Of a stretch of 43,844 bases of DNA, positions 18,561-26,761 are shown piece after piece. Source of the stretch: an uncultured Candidatus Saccharibacteria bacterium (GTDB lineage Bacteria; Patescibacteriota; Minisyncoccia; Phycocordibacterales; UBA9973); assembly GCA_964605995.1 (NCBI GenBank), contig CAZSEN010000001.1, positions 1 through 43,844 on the forward strand. The letters run 5' to 3'. The first letter of the stretch is position 1; the number at the start of each line of letters is the position of its first letter. The notes under the pieces were generated by a model, which was given only the letters and a program-made list of their open reading frames with translations, was not told the DNA's origin and searched no databases. The position numbers and the translations under genes are program-made.

Positions 18561-18941
18561 ATGACAACCGAATATTCCGAAAGCGCAATTTCCTTCGCCG
18601 AACACAAAGACCCGATTACTGATGAAATCGCTGCGGTCGTTATGGATCGCCCCGGCGGACGCAAAGCAGTCGTTGCCTATATCCGCGAGGATTACGATTC
18701 GAATGCTAAGAAAAAAACCTACCGGACATACGATGTAGACGGAAAGGAAATCATCGCCGCGAACTACAGCCTCACCGTACTCAAGAAGGAAATTCAGCGC
18801 AAAGAGCAAATGTTCCATGAGCAGGTTTCACTGAAAGAACAAGCTATACAACAGGATTTTACCGAACAGGAACGACAGCGATTAAAGGAACTGCGCACAC
18901 TGCGTTCCGGCAAAATGAAAACGCAATCACGTACACGATAG
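18561..18941 (+). CDS. Small charged protein, paralogue 1
   Basis: AYIREDYDSNAKKKTYRTYDVDGKEIIAANYSLTVLKKEIQRKEQ aligns with the 19626-20078 product. Confidence 0.5.
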   Translation: MTTEYSESAISFAEHKDPITDEIAAVVMDRPGGRKAVVAYIREDYDSNAKKKTYRTYDVDGKEIIAANYSLTVLKKEIQRKEQMFHEQVSLKEQAIQQDFTEQERQRLKELRTLRSGKMKTQSRTR

Positions 18942-18955
18942 AAAAACGACGGCAC

Positions 18956-19291
18956 ATGAAAGCAAATGATAATGATGACGCTCAAGGAACTCCCAGCCCA
19001 TACCAAGATGCCGATACGGATGTCGAAATCGCCGAAGTGTCCTATATGTCATCTACAAACGGTCACATGGTATTTCTGGGCAAAACGATTCGCAAGATTA
19101 CACGCGACGGCAAAGTCTCCTACACCCTACTCGATCCAAGCGGTCGCATCATCGGTCCACCGGTTGATGACGAACAAACTTCTCAAGAGATATGGTCTGC
19201 TATTGCCGAAATGCTTGAACGCCGGGCAATGGAGTTGCGAAAGAACCGTGGAAGAGATGATCAAGGACAAAGTCAATCAAAAGATCACTGA
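18956..19291 (+). CDS. Small charged protein, paralogue 2 (weaker similarity)
   Basis: RKITRDGKVSYTLLDPSGRIIGPP...IAEMLERRAMELRKNR has the same layout: a beta-rich core followed by a charged helix and tail. Confidence 0.45.
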   Translation: MKANDNDDAQGTPSPYQDADTDVEIAEVSYMSSTNGHMVFLGKTIRKITRDGKVSYTLLDPSGRIIGPPVDDEQTSQEIWSAIAEMLERRAMELRKNRGRDDQGQSQSKDH

Positions 19292-19314
19292 TTGTCACGG
19301 TTGACTGCAAGAGC

Positions 19315-19331
19315 GGCAACTGCGACAACCA
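19315..19331 (+). repeat. Recurrent motif, copy C (ggcaactgcgacaacca) with adjacent inverted half-site
   Basis: The 15-mer caactgcgacaacca is identical to copy A. ggttgactgca lies at 19299-19309 and gaactgtaacc at 19338-19348. Confidence 0.65.
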
Positions 19332-19625
19332 AAACGCGAACTGTAACCAGTTGTTTTGCATTAGCACAAAGATCAAAGAGAAAATCAAAATAGTTGTACC
19401 TCAAAACTACCCACATGAGATCCGCCAAAAGAACAAAGACAGGAAACAATCTCGAACCGCGTAACTGGAGTCGCAGATCACCGCAGGAATCAAAACTCAA
19501 CAGACGCACGTTTTCGCTTTCACTGAAAAAGCAAAAAGAAATTCTAAAATACTCCCGCGACAAAGGACTCGCATGCGGTTCTGCAAGTCGGTAACAATCA
19601 TTATTCACAACTAAAAACAACAACC

Positions 19626-20078
19626 ATGAACACACAAGAGAATGTAGAAAAAACAGTACCCACCCGCAAAGTGCCAACGGAAATCGAATACCACGAGAAA
19701 GGCCATTGGACGAAGGGCGAGAACATCATCACCGTGATGGGCGGTCTTCCCAGCGAATCGAAAGCGCCAATCGCGCACATCAAATTGGAAGACTACGACG
19801 AAAACAAGAAGCCGATCCTGATTGCTCTTGATCTGGAAGGCGCGGAACTTTTTGAACGCACATCCAACTTGTATCAGTTAAAGAAATTGATACGTGATCA
19901 GGAGCAAAGGCTCACCAAAGAAATGATCATCCGCAACAACACTCCAGTTCTGGAAGTGGCGCAACCTGTTGAAACTCCTGCTTTGGAACAAACGACGGAA
20001 GCAGTGAAAACAAATAGCATCCGCAAAGTCCGCCGAAGCAAGGACAGCAATGAACAATCACAATCAATCTCACACTAA
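19626..20078 (+). CDS. Small charged protein, paralogue 3
   Basis: AHIKLEDYDENKKPILIALDLEGAELFERTSNLYQLKKLIRDQEQRL aligns with the 18561-18941 product. Confidence 0.5.
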   Translation: MNTQENVEKTVPTRKVPTEIEYHEKGHWTKGENIITVMGGLPSESKAPIAHIKLEDYDENKKPILIALDLEGAELFERTSNLYQLKKLIRDQEQRLTKEMIIRNNTPVLEVAQPVETPALEQTTEAVKTNSIRKVRRSKDSNEQSQSISH

Positions 20079-20089
20079 AATTATGACTC

Positions 20090-21139
20090 ATGAAAAAAGA
20101 CATCACCTACGGGTACTTTACCCCTGAATTCGACAAGCAGCTAGCCGAAGAAGTCGCGCCAATCAAGCGCGATGCTAAAAAAGACGGTGCGCATTACGCC
20201 AAGCAAGCGAAATCCCGCCCTCCGCTCAACGAAAGCTCAATGCTTCCGTACATCGGAGGATATAAGGCACGGTTTGAAGCCATTCTCATCAAAAAGCTCG
20301 ATGAGATAAAGCCTGAAGTGCAGACCGAGAAGTACAATCGCTTCAAGGAGCAAAAGACAAAGCGCGATTCGGAGATTGATACGGAAGTTGCGGGAGGTGA
20401 ACATGAGAACCGTGTTGATGAGCGCACGCTCGATGGCAAGCCAAAACCCAAAGCGCAGAAACGCAATATCTGGCCTATCATTTTTCTCATAATCCTGTAT
20501 CTCGGCGAGTTCTATTACAATTCCCTCGCTTTCGCATTTTTGGGCGGCAGCATGATCGGTGCATACCTGATCGGTGCAACAGTGACGCTCGCCGTCGGTA
20601 TCCTTGCGTTCGTTGCCGGAAAAATTCTTTGTCGGGCAGATGAAATTGGAAGAAGTGCGTACATCAAAGCCGCTCCGTACATTTTGATCGCGCTTGCAGT
20701 GGTGATCGCTATGTCAGTGCTCCGCGCAAACGTGCAGAGTGCAGGGGACATGCATACGCCAGCGTGGGTGTTCTTCCTTGTGAACATCGGCTACCTCGTG
20801 AGCACAATTGCGCTTTCCCGCATTGCGTTTGCGCCTTCCAAAGAACAGGCGGTTGATTGCGCAACGTCTGCAATCTACAAACGCATTGAGGAGCGCACCG
20901 CGAAGATCAAACTCCTGCGTGATGAAAAACTTGCCCTAGAAAAGGCGCTGGAGCAGGAAGAGGAAGAATATCAATTCGTCATAAGCAAAGCCCGCCGAGT
21001 TGAAGAAATGCTCAACGCTCATTTTCGTGAGGCGGTCGAAGGGTTTAAGACGGAAAATCTCATCACGCGCTCAGATCTCGGCACCCCAGTGTGCTTCCTG
21101 CAGCCAGTTCCTCCATTACAAACTAAAAAATCCGAATAG
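20090..21139 (+). CDS. Integral membrane protein with charged N-terminus and C-terminal coiled coil
   Basis: Several hydrophobic spans (WPIIFLIILYLGEFYY..., LIGATVTLAVGILAFVAG, APYILIALAVVIAMSVL, WVFFLVNIGYLVSTIAL), followed by LRDEKLALEKALEQEEEEYQ. Confidence 0.55.
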   Translation: MKKDITYGYFTPEFDKQLAEEVAPIKRDAKKDGAHYAKQAKSRPPLNESSMLPYIGGYKARFEAILIKKLDEIKPEVQTEKYNRFKEQKTKRDSEIDTEVAGGEHENRVDERTLDGKPKPKAQKRNIWPIIFLIILYLGEFYYNSLAFAFLGGSMIGAYLIGATVTLAVGILAFVAGKILCRADEIGRSAYIKAAPYILIALAVVIAMSVLRANVQSAGDMHTPAWVFFLVNIGYLVSTIALSRIAFAPSKEQAVDCATSAIYKRIEERTAKIKLLRDEKLALEKALEQEEEEYQFVISKARRVEEMLNAHFREAVEGFKTENLITRSDLGTPVCFLQPVPPLQTKKSE

Positions 21140-21141
21140 CC

Positions 21142-21900
21142 ATGAAAACTAATTTTTTCAATATCGTCAAAGGACTCGCGTACACGATCATTGGTGCTGG
21201 CTTGCTCATTCTCGGCATCTCATTACTTCTCGATTCCTGCAATGAAGCCAAGCATCAGACAACTGAAATCGTCGTGGTTTGGGATATCACTGAACTGCAC
21301 GAGCCGATTCCGGTTGCAAGTGAAATCCTGCCACTCTATGGTCTGGACACTGACCCCGATAACGGGGCAGTGTTCAGGTTTAGCCATGCAAGCGATGTGA
21401 GCCTCAATCGCGAGACTGTCTTCACTTTGCCACCTTCGGGTAATGCGCTAGTCACGAATCAGTTTGATCGTGAGCGTGAAATCGAAAAGTTCACGAATGA
21501 CGTAACTGCGTTTCTGGATTCAATTGCTTCCGATACCGTCGGCAGATCGCAGTCTTCGATTTACATTCCGGTGGCGATGGGACTCAATGAACTCTCACGC
21601 ACTTCAACATCAGATCGTAAAATCTTTTTGCTCTATTCCGATCTGCGCGAGAACACGCAGAACTTGTCATTTTATGACAAGCGAACGCTGGCCTTGATTG
21701 CAAACGATACGGCTTCAATAGCAACTATGCTGCAAAGCGAAATGCCACTCAACAATCTCACAGGCATTGAAACACACCTGCTGTATCAGCCTCGCGATGC
21801 AGCAGATGATGCGGCATTTCAATCAATCTCTGCACTGTATCGCGGCATGCTTGAACGTAAGGGAGCAACAGTATTTGTTTCTGCAAACCTTACGCAATAA
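21142..21900 (+). CDS. Membrane-anchored protein, possibly vWA-like fold
   Basis: N-terminal TM segment (AYTIIGAGLLILGISLLL). The strand-like motifs VVVWDITE and KIFLLYSDLRENT resemble vWA topology, but only weakly. Confidence 0.45.
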   Translation: MKTNFFNIVKGLAYTIIGAGLLILGISLLLDSCNEAKHQTTEIVVVWDITELHEPIPVASEILPLYGLDTDPDNGAVFRFSHASDVSLNRETVFTLPPSGNALVTNQFDREREIEKFTNDVTAFLDSIASDTVGRSQSSIYIPVAMGLNELSRTSTSDRKIFLLYSDLRENTQNLSFYDKRTLALIANDTASIATMLQSEMPLNNLTGIETHLLYQPRDAADDAAFQSISALYRGMLERKGATVFVSANLTQ

Positions 21901-21921
21901 CCATTTCAAACTGTATGCACC

Positions 21922-22107
21922 ATGAAAGAAATGCTCCGGTTGATGGGAAAGTGGCTCCTGAAAATGTTATGGAAACTGTTTGTATTCCTGCTCAAACTCT
22001 TGGGCAAACTGCTTTTGTTTCTCTGTTGGGCAATCAGCGAATTGCTTGCCGCATTATTCACCGCACTCGCAAAATGGCTCAAGACGAAAGTAATCGCTAA
22101 CCAGTAG
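21922..22107 (+). CDS. Small hydrophobic protein (61 aa)
   Basis: Leu/Lys-rich amphipathic or hydrophobic sequence that fills the gap before the coupling-protein gene. Confidence 0.3.
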   Translation: MKEMLRLMGKWLLKMLWKLFVFLLKLLGKLLLFLCWAISELLAALFTALAKWLKTKVIANQ

Positions 22108-22122
22108 TCAATCATCATCACT

Positions 22123-23556
22123 ATGTTCGACATCCTTATTTCAATTTTCGAATCACTGTTCAAGATACTCTTCGAATTGCTTTCGATGCTGTTTGGTGGC
22201 TCCAAGCCCAAAGGATACCATGCACGATTTGCATCAGAAGGTACGGTGCTCTCGCGATGGAACAAAGGCTTTTCATTGACTGGTCGCAAACAGATCACGG
22301 CGAAAGATTCATTCACTAACTGCATGGTAGTAGGTTCGACAGGTTCAGGAAAGACGCAGAGTACATTGCTGCCATCGCTCTTTGCGATGAAAGGATCATT
22401 TATTATCGCAGATCAAAGCGGAGAAATTTTCAAATCAACTTCGGGATTTCTTCATCAGGAAAAGGAATACAATATCAAGATTCTCAACTTGAGCGATGCG
22501 TTATGTTCTTCGGGATTCAATCCAATGAGCCGCGCAAATACTTCTAATGAAATTCAGAAGCTCGCCTCCATGCTGGTGCGCACCACGCTCTCGGGCGGAA
22601 AGGCATCAGATCCATTCTGGGAGACACAAGCGACAACATTGTTGGTCATCCTCATTTCTATTCTGAAGACGCAACCCGAGCAGTATCAGAATCTGTACAA
22701 TGTTCGCCAACTGCTCAATCAGCTTTCAGAGAAGCCAGAAGAAGGACAAAACAATTCCGTCGATTCTTTATTTGTTCGTTACGCCGATCCCGTGCTTTAC
22801 AATGAATACAAGTCGTTCATTGCGTATGACGACAAGTTGCAGACTTCGATTATTGCTTCTGCTAAGTCCGCGCTGACGATTTTCGCCGATGAGACCGTTG
22901 CCCGGATAACTTCGAAGGATACCCTTGATTTTTCTGAATTCCGCAAACGCCCGACTGCGCTATACCTGCAATGCGGCATTCAGGATATGGCCTATTACAG
23001 TCCACTTTACGCGATTTTCTACGAGCAACTTGCTGCGTATCTCCTTTCTCGGTTTCCTACCGATGAGGAACAAGACATCTTCATTTTTGCCGAAGAATTT
23101 GGTTCCACAAATCGCGTACCCGTGTTTCCGGCATTTTTTGCGAATTGTCGAAAGTATCGCGCCGGAATAATGGCCATCGTTCAGGATTATAACCAGATCG
23201 TGAATATCTACGGGAAAGCGGAAGCGGAGTCCATTCGCACCAATTGCTTTTCCAAAGTGTTCTTTGGCGGCGGCTCACTTGAATCAACAAAGGAGCTTTC
23301 TGAGATACTCGGCAAAACCGAATACAAAACAGAGGAAGGGAGGCGCGACGTGATGCCATTGCTCACGCCGGATAGCATCAGGATGCTGAAGAAGGATCGC
23401 GCTTTGGTTATTTGCGGCAGTCATCCACCGATATTGGCCAATGTCCGCCCTGCATACAAAAGTCTTCGCTATCGCGCGTATATGGCCGTACAACCGCCAA
23501 TAGTTAGGGGCGATGCTCCGCAATCAGTAGCAATCCTGCCATTGGGCAGTAAATAA
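22123..23556 (+). CDS. Type IV secretion coupling protein (TraG/VirD4/MobC-of-CTn type), short form
   Basis: Walker A at VVGSTGSGKTQSTLLPS; Walker B-like DIFIFAEEFGS; later IMAIVQDYNQI. Confidence 0.85.
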   Translation: MFDILISIFESLFKILFELLSMLFGGSKPKGYHARFASEGTVLSRWNKGFSLTGRKQITAKDSFTNCMVVGSTGSGKTQSTLLPSLFAMKGSFIIADQSGEIFKSTSGFLHQEKEYNIKILNLSDALCSSGFNPMSRANTSNEIQKLASMLVRTTLSGGKASDPFWETQATTLLVILISILKTQPEQYQNLYNVRQLLNQLSEKPEEGQNNSVDSLFVRYADPVLYNEYKSFIAYDDKLQTSIIASAKSALTIFADETVARITSKDTLDFSEFRKRPTALYLQCGIQDMAYYSPLYAIFYEQLAAYLLSRFPTDEEQDIFIFAEEFGSTNRVPVFPAFFANCRKYRAGIMAIVQDYNQIVNIYGKAEAESIRTNCFSKVFFGGGSLESTKELSEILGKTEYKTEEGRRDVMPLLTPDSIRMLKKDRALVICGSHPPILANVRPAYKSLRYRAYMAVQPPIVRGDAPQSVAILPLGSK

Positions 23557-23563
23557 AAGAAAT

Positions 23564-24133
23564 GTGGCTACGCGATCTGCACGTCATTCCGGATTGTGGG
23601 AGTATCTCGAGAAGTCGGGCGTGCTGGTCAGTGGGTCGGATGAAGAAATAAAAACGGTACGGCGTGAGTATCGCAAAATATACCTGAAACAGTACAAGCA
23701 ACAGCAGCGCAAACACAAGCCTGAATTTTTGGTGCAGTTATCACGTGATGGCGAATTAACCACAATCACTGCCGCAGCAAAAAAACACCGCATGAGTGTT
23801 ACCGCATTCCTCCGCCTGGCAACACTGTCGTATATCTCTCGCGTGTTTCTCATTCCTGATCGCCAACTTGTCGGAAAACTCGCAGGACTTCTTGAGTCAT
23901 GCCTGAATGAGGTTCGGGCAATGACAAGCGTGAAAACGAAACAGAACTCTTTCCTGTTGGAAGAAAAGTACGATGCCATCGAGCGGCGCATTATCGAACT
24001 TCAATCAGAACTTCAAAAACTTTTCTTTCATCCGGCATTGCTTGAATCGGCAGTCGCTGAAGCGATACGCATCGATCCTACACTTCGGGATCGTCTGCAA
24101 ATAATTCTCTCTCATGCCCATCGTGAAGATTAA
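23564..24133 (+). CDS. Relaxosome accessory protein (MobC/RHH-like)
   Basis: LVQLSRDGELTTITAAAKKHRMSVTAFLRLATL resembles the MobC-type ribbon-helix-helix. Located directly upstream of the relaxase. Confidence 0.55.
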   Translation: MATRSARHSGLWEYLEKSGVLVSGSDEEIKTVRREYRKIYLKQYKQQQRKHKPEFLVQLSRDGELTTITAAAKKHRMSVTAFLRLATLSYISRVFLIPDRQLVGKLAGLLESCLNEVRAMTSVKTKQNSFLLEEKYDAIERRIIELQSELQKLFFHPALLESAVAEAIRIDPTLRDRLQIILSHAHRED

Positions 24134-24923
24134 GACATACAAAAAACCGAAGTTTGATTATCTGCTCCGGTATATGTGCGAGTCGCAGGACCGGCTCTTT
24201 GACGCGCAAGGGAAGAGCTTTAGGATTACGCACAACATCCGAGGGAAAACCATTGAGGACTGGACACGAAGTTTCCGGGAGAATGAAACGTACCGACAGC
24301 GAAGGCGGAAGAATTCGGTGTACCTCAATCACGAGATCATAAGTTTTCATCGTGATAGCACCAAGCATTTATCAATGGAAAAGCTGGAACAACTCGTTAG
24401 GGAATACATACAATTACGAAACCCGAACGGATGCTACGTGGCTGTTCCACATTTTGACCGTTACCACGTGCATGTCCACATCTGTTCGTCTGCTGTTCAA
24501 TACAGGACAGGAAAAAGTATGCGAATGAGCCGAGGGGAATTGGCTGCGCTCAAAAAGAAGATTCAGGATTTCCAGGTGGAGCGGTTTCCGGAATTGGGAA
24601 GGTCGGTGGTGAGGCATGTGAGGAAAGCAAATGGAAAAGCGTCTGAAAGGGAAATGCAGTATGAGCTGCGGACGGGGAAGATGAGCAAGAGGGAAATGGT
24701 GCGACACATTGTGCAAGACTGTCACCGACGATCTTCATCGCAGGAGGAGTTTTTTGCGCTGTTGAAAGAACAGGGAATGGAGACGTATGTGCGGGGAGGG
24801 AAGGTGTATGGGGTGGTGTGCGAGGGGAAGAAATATAGGTTTACCGCAATGGAACTTGATAAAACTGAACAAGAGAATGACATTAGTAGGGTCAAAAAAG
24901 CCGACCGGGAATTGAAGCGGTAG
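24114..24923 (+). CDS. Relaxase / mobilisation nuclease
   Basis: N-terminal MPIVKIKTYKK..., then a histidine triad at HFDRYHVHVHI (HxDxxHxHxH). Confidence 0.85.
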   Translation: MPIVKIKTYKKPKFDYLLRYMCESQDRLFDAQGKSFRITHNIRGKTIEDWTRSFRENETYRQRRRKNSVYLNHEIISFHRDSTKHLSMEKLEQLVREYIQLRNPNGCYVAVPHFDRYHVHVHICSSAVQYRTGKSMRMSRGELAALKKKIQDFQVERFPELGRSVVRHVRKANGKASEREMQYELRTGKMSKREMVRHIVQDCHRRSSSQEEFFALLKEQGMETYVRGGKVYGVVCEGKKYRFTAMELDKTEQENDISRVKKADRELKR

Positions 24924-24937
24924 TGTATGAGCCTAGT

Positions 24938-25939
24938 TTATTTGTTGTTTTCTATGTTCCCTAATCCATTGCATAAAATATCCATTAACGCATCGCTAAT
25001 TCTCACATCTGTCATTAATTCCAACCACAACCACTGTCCGTTACAATTATTTTCCAAAAAATAATATCTCTTATCTTCAGCATAAACAAAATCAAATGCA
25101 GAATATACTAATTGCTGCCGCTTCATGAATTCTAAAATCAATTCCGTGATATAATCCGGAAGAATATGTGGTCGATGAATCATGTTCTCGGGAGATTTCC
25201 CTCTAAAATCAATTTTCGAGAGTTCATGGGTCTGAGAGTGGATTTCAAAAGCAAAAATTTTATACCCCACAACAACCACTCTTACGTCAAATAATTTCGC
25301 AATGTACTGTTGAAATAAAGTAGGGCAAATTTTAATGGCATCAAAAGCATCCTCTATCTCACTTCTTGATCGTATGAGTCTGGTTAAATATGGATACAAC
25401 TTCCCATCCAGGTAAAAATTAGGCTCATCAAGACTCTTATTGCAAATCAATTCATGAACATCGAAAAAGAGCAAAGCCTCTTGAGGGTTGTTTGTCACCA
25501 ATGTTTCCGGGACATCAAATCCCAATGCTTTGGCTGTTGTAAGCTGTTGCAATTTGATTCTGGCGCGGTGTATAGAAGGTAGTGGATTTATCCAAATAGC
25601 TGTGTCATGAAGACAAAAGTATAACCCTCTTAAAACTGCATTCGCCTGTTGTTCACAGAATAAATTAACTTCAGGTTGATCGTAAACAGTTGAATTTATT
25701 TTTTGTGGTCGTCTAAACCAGACGGAAAGAATTTCGTCACTGGAAAAGTTTCGTTTGGAATCTTTAAGATGAATACGAAAGGATTTATTTTGGTACGAGA
25801 TATCAACATTTCCTAAAAAATCTTCAGTGTTGAGACGAACTACTTTTTCCGAAAAACCCTCTTTATTAAATCGGTCAATAATGAAGTCACTATGAGGGTC
25901 ATTCGCAGAAGTAATTATTAAAGCCTTGTTTGCTTTCAT
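24938..25939 (-). CDS. ATP-grasp peptide maturase-like ligase (microviridin MdnB/C-like)
   Basis: 333 aa. The N-terminus ALIITSANDPHSDFIIDRFNKEGFSEKVVRLNTEDF resembles graspetide maturases as I remember them. It sits beside a GNAT and a small Thr/Asp-rich ORF. Confidence 0.7.
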   Translation of the reverse strand: MKANKALIITSANDPHSDFIIDRFNKEGFSEKVVRLNTEDFLGNVDISYQNKSFRIHLKDSKRNFSSDEILSVWFRRPQKINSTVYDQPEVNLFCEQQANAVLRGLYFCLHDTAIWINPLPSIHRARIKLQQLTTAKALGFDVPETLVTNNPQEALLFFDVHELICNKSLDEPNFYLDGKLYPYLTRLIRSRSEIEDAFDAIKICPTLFQQYIAKLFDVRVVVVGYKIFAFEIHSQTHELSKIDFRGKSPENMIHRPHILPDYITELILEFMKRQQLVYSAFDFVYAEDKRYYFLENNCNGQWLWLELMTDVRISDALMDILCNGLGNIENNK

Positions 25940-26435
25940 ATTCTATTTTTGAAAGGAGGTTCGATGCTAATTCAGTTGGGAAATATTTCCTTTGTAATAC
26001 AAGAGTTTGTCTCTCCGCTTTGCAAATTTCCGTAAATCCGAGAGCTTGAACGACTCGCAGACTTCGGTTATTTTCCAAGTTGATTTCTACAAGCAAATCC
26101 TTCTCAATTTCGGATTTGAAATAGAAATCGAATAAGATGGCAGAAGCCAACAATCCTTTCCCTGAATTAAACATATCCGGCGATATCCCTCCTGATACCT
26201 TTGTATAATCCTTACCCAATAGAAAGTGAGCAAAGAAGATAGCTTTCTTTTTGTAGACGAGTGTATATCGGCGTAAATTATTGAAAGGTCTTAAAGCAAT
26301 TTCTTCAACTCGTGTTCTGAATTCGGGAGGAGAGATATCGATAGAATAATTGGTACAGAATTCTCTATTTGAGAAACACTCAATATACAAGCCGAAAATT
26401 ATAGGCTGTGTTTCTAGAATTTGATAATCACACAA
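25899..26435 (-). CDS. GNAT-family N-acetyltransferase-like protein
   Basis: NSGKGLLASAIL (Q/RxxGxG/A-like) and NNRSLRVVQALGF motifs. Overlaps the ATP-grasp ORF by 41 nt. Confidence 0.5.
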   Translation of the reverse strand: MCDYQILETQPIIFGLYIECFSNREFCTNYSIDISPPEFRTRVEEIALRPFNNLRRYTLVYKKKAIFFAHFLLGKDYTKVSGGISPDMFNSGKGLLASAILFDFYFKSEIEKDLLVEINLENNRSLRVVQALGFTEICKAERQTLVLQRKYFPTELASNLLSKIEYESKQGFNNYFCE

Positions 26436-26455
26436 TGAGTATGCTTTGTTTTCAA

Positions 26456-26707
26456 TTAATCAGTTCCGGTATCATCTGTGTCGTTATCACTATCATTTGA
26501 TCCTATCAACAATGGATATGTGGAAGTCACCTGCGACCATGTAGTTGGTTCAGATTTGCCCATTGAAAGTATGTCTGAGGTTTGCGAATTTGCATCATAG
26601 GCAGATCCTACATCAGATTCATAACCCCTTTCTGTATTAGAAATGGTATCCAAGTAATGCATACCAAGCGGCAGTTGTTTCATACTTTGAATTTTACTGA
26701 TTTTCAC
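26456..26707 (-). CDS. Candidate RiPP (graspetide) precursor peptide, 83 aa
   Basis: Small ORF 20 nt upstream of the GNAT gene. Its C-terminus is TTWSQVTSTYPLLIGSNDSDNDTDDTGTD, rich in Thr/Ser and Asp. Confidence 0.45.
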   Translation of the reverse strand: MKISKIQSMKQLPLGMHYLDTISNTERGYESDVGSAYDANSQTSDILSMGKSEPTTWSQVTSTYPLLIGSNDSDNDTDDTGTD

Positions 26708-26761
26708 ATAATAAAGATATAAATATTTGATTTCAATCCAAATTATTAGACAGTAAATGAT

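Noticed and set aside
18378-18818. 146-aa minus-strand ORF
   Set aside because: It is antisense to two plus-strand genes that have paralogue support, so it is a shadow ORF.
19285-19677. 130-aa minus-strand ORF, and the 66-aa plus-strand ORF (19394-19594), in the 334-bp gap
   Set aside because: Both have odd composition (Leu/Phe/Cys-rich, or extremely basic). There is no coupling to neighbouring genes, and the region is better explained as repeat-bearing non-coding DNA.
23584-23991. 135-aa minus-strand ORF
   Set aside because: It is antisense to the MobC-like gene within a tight plus-strand operon.
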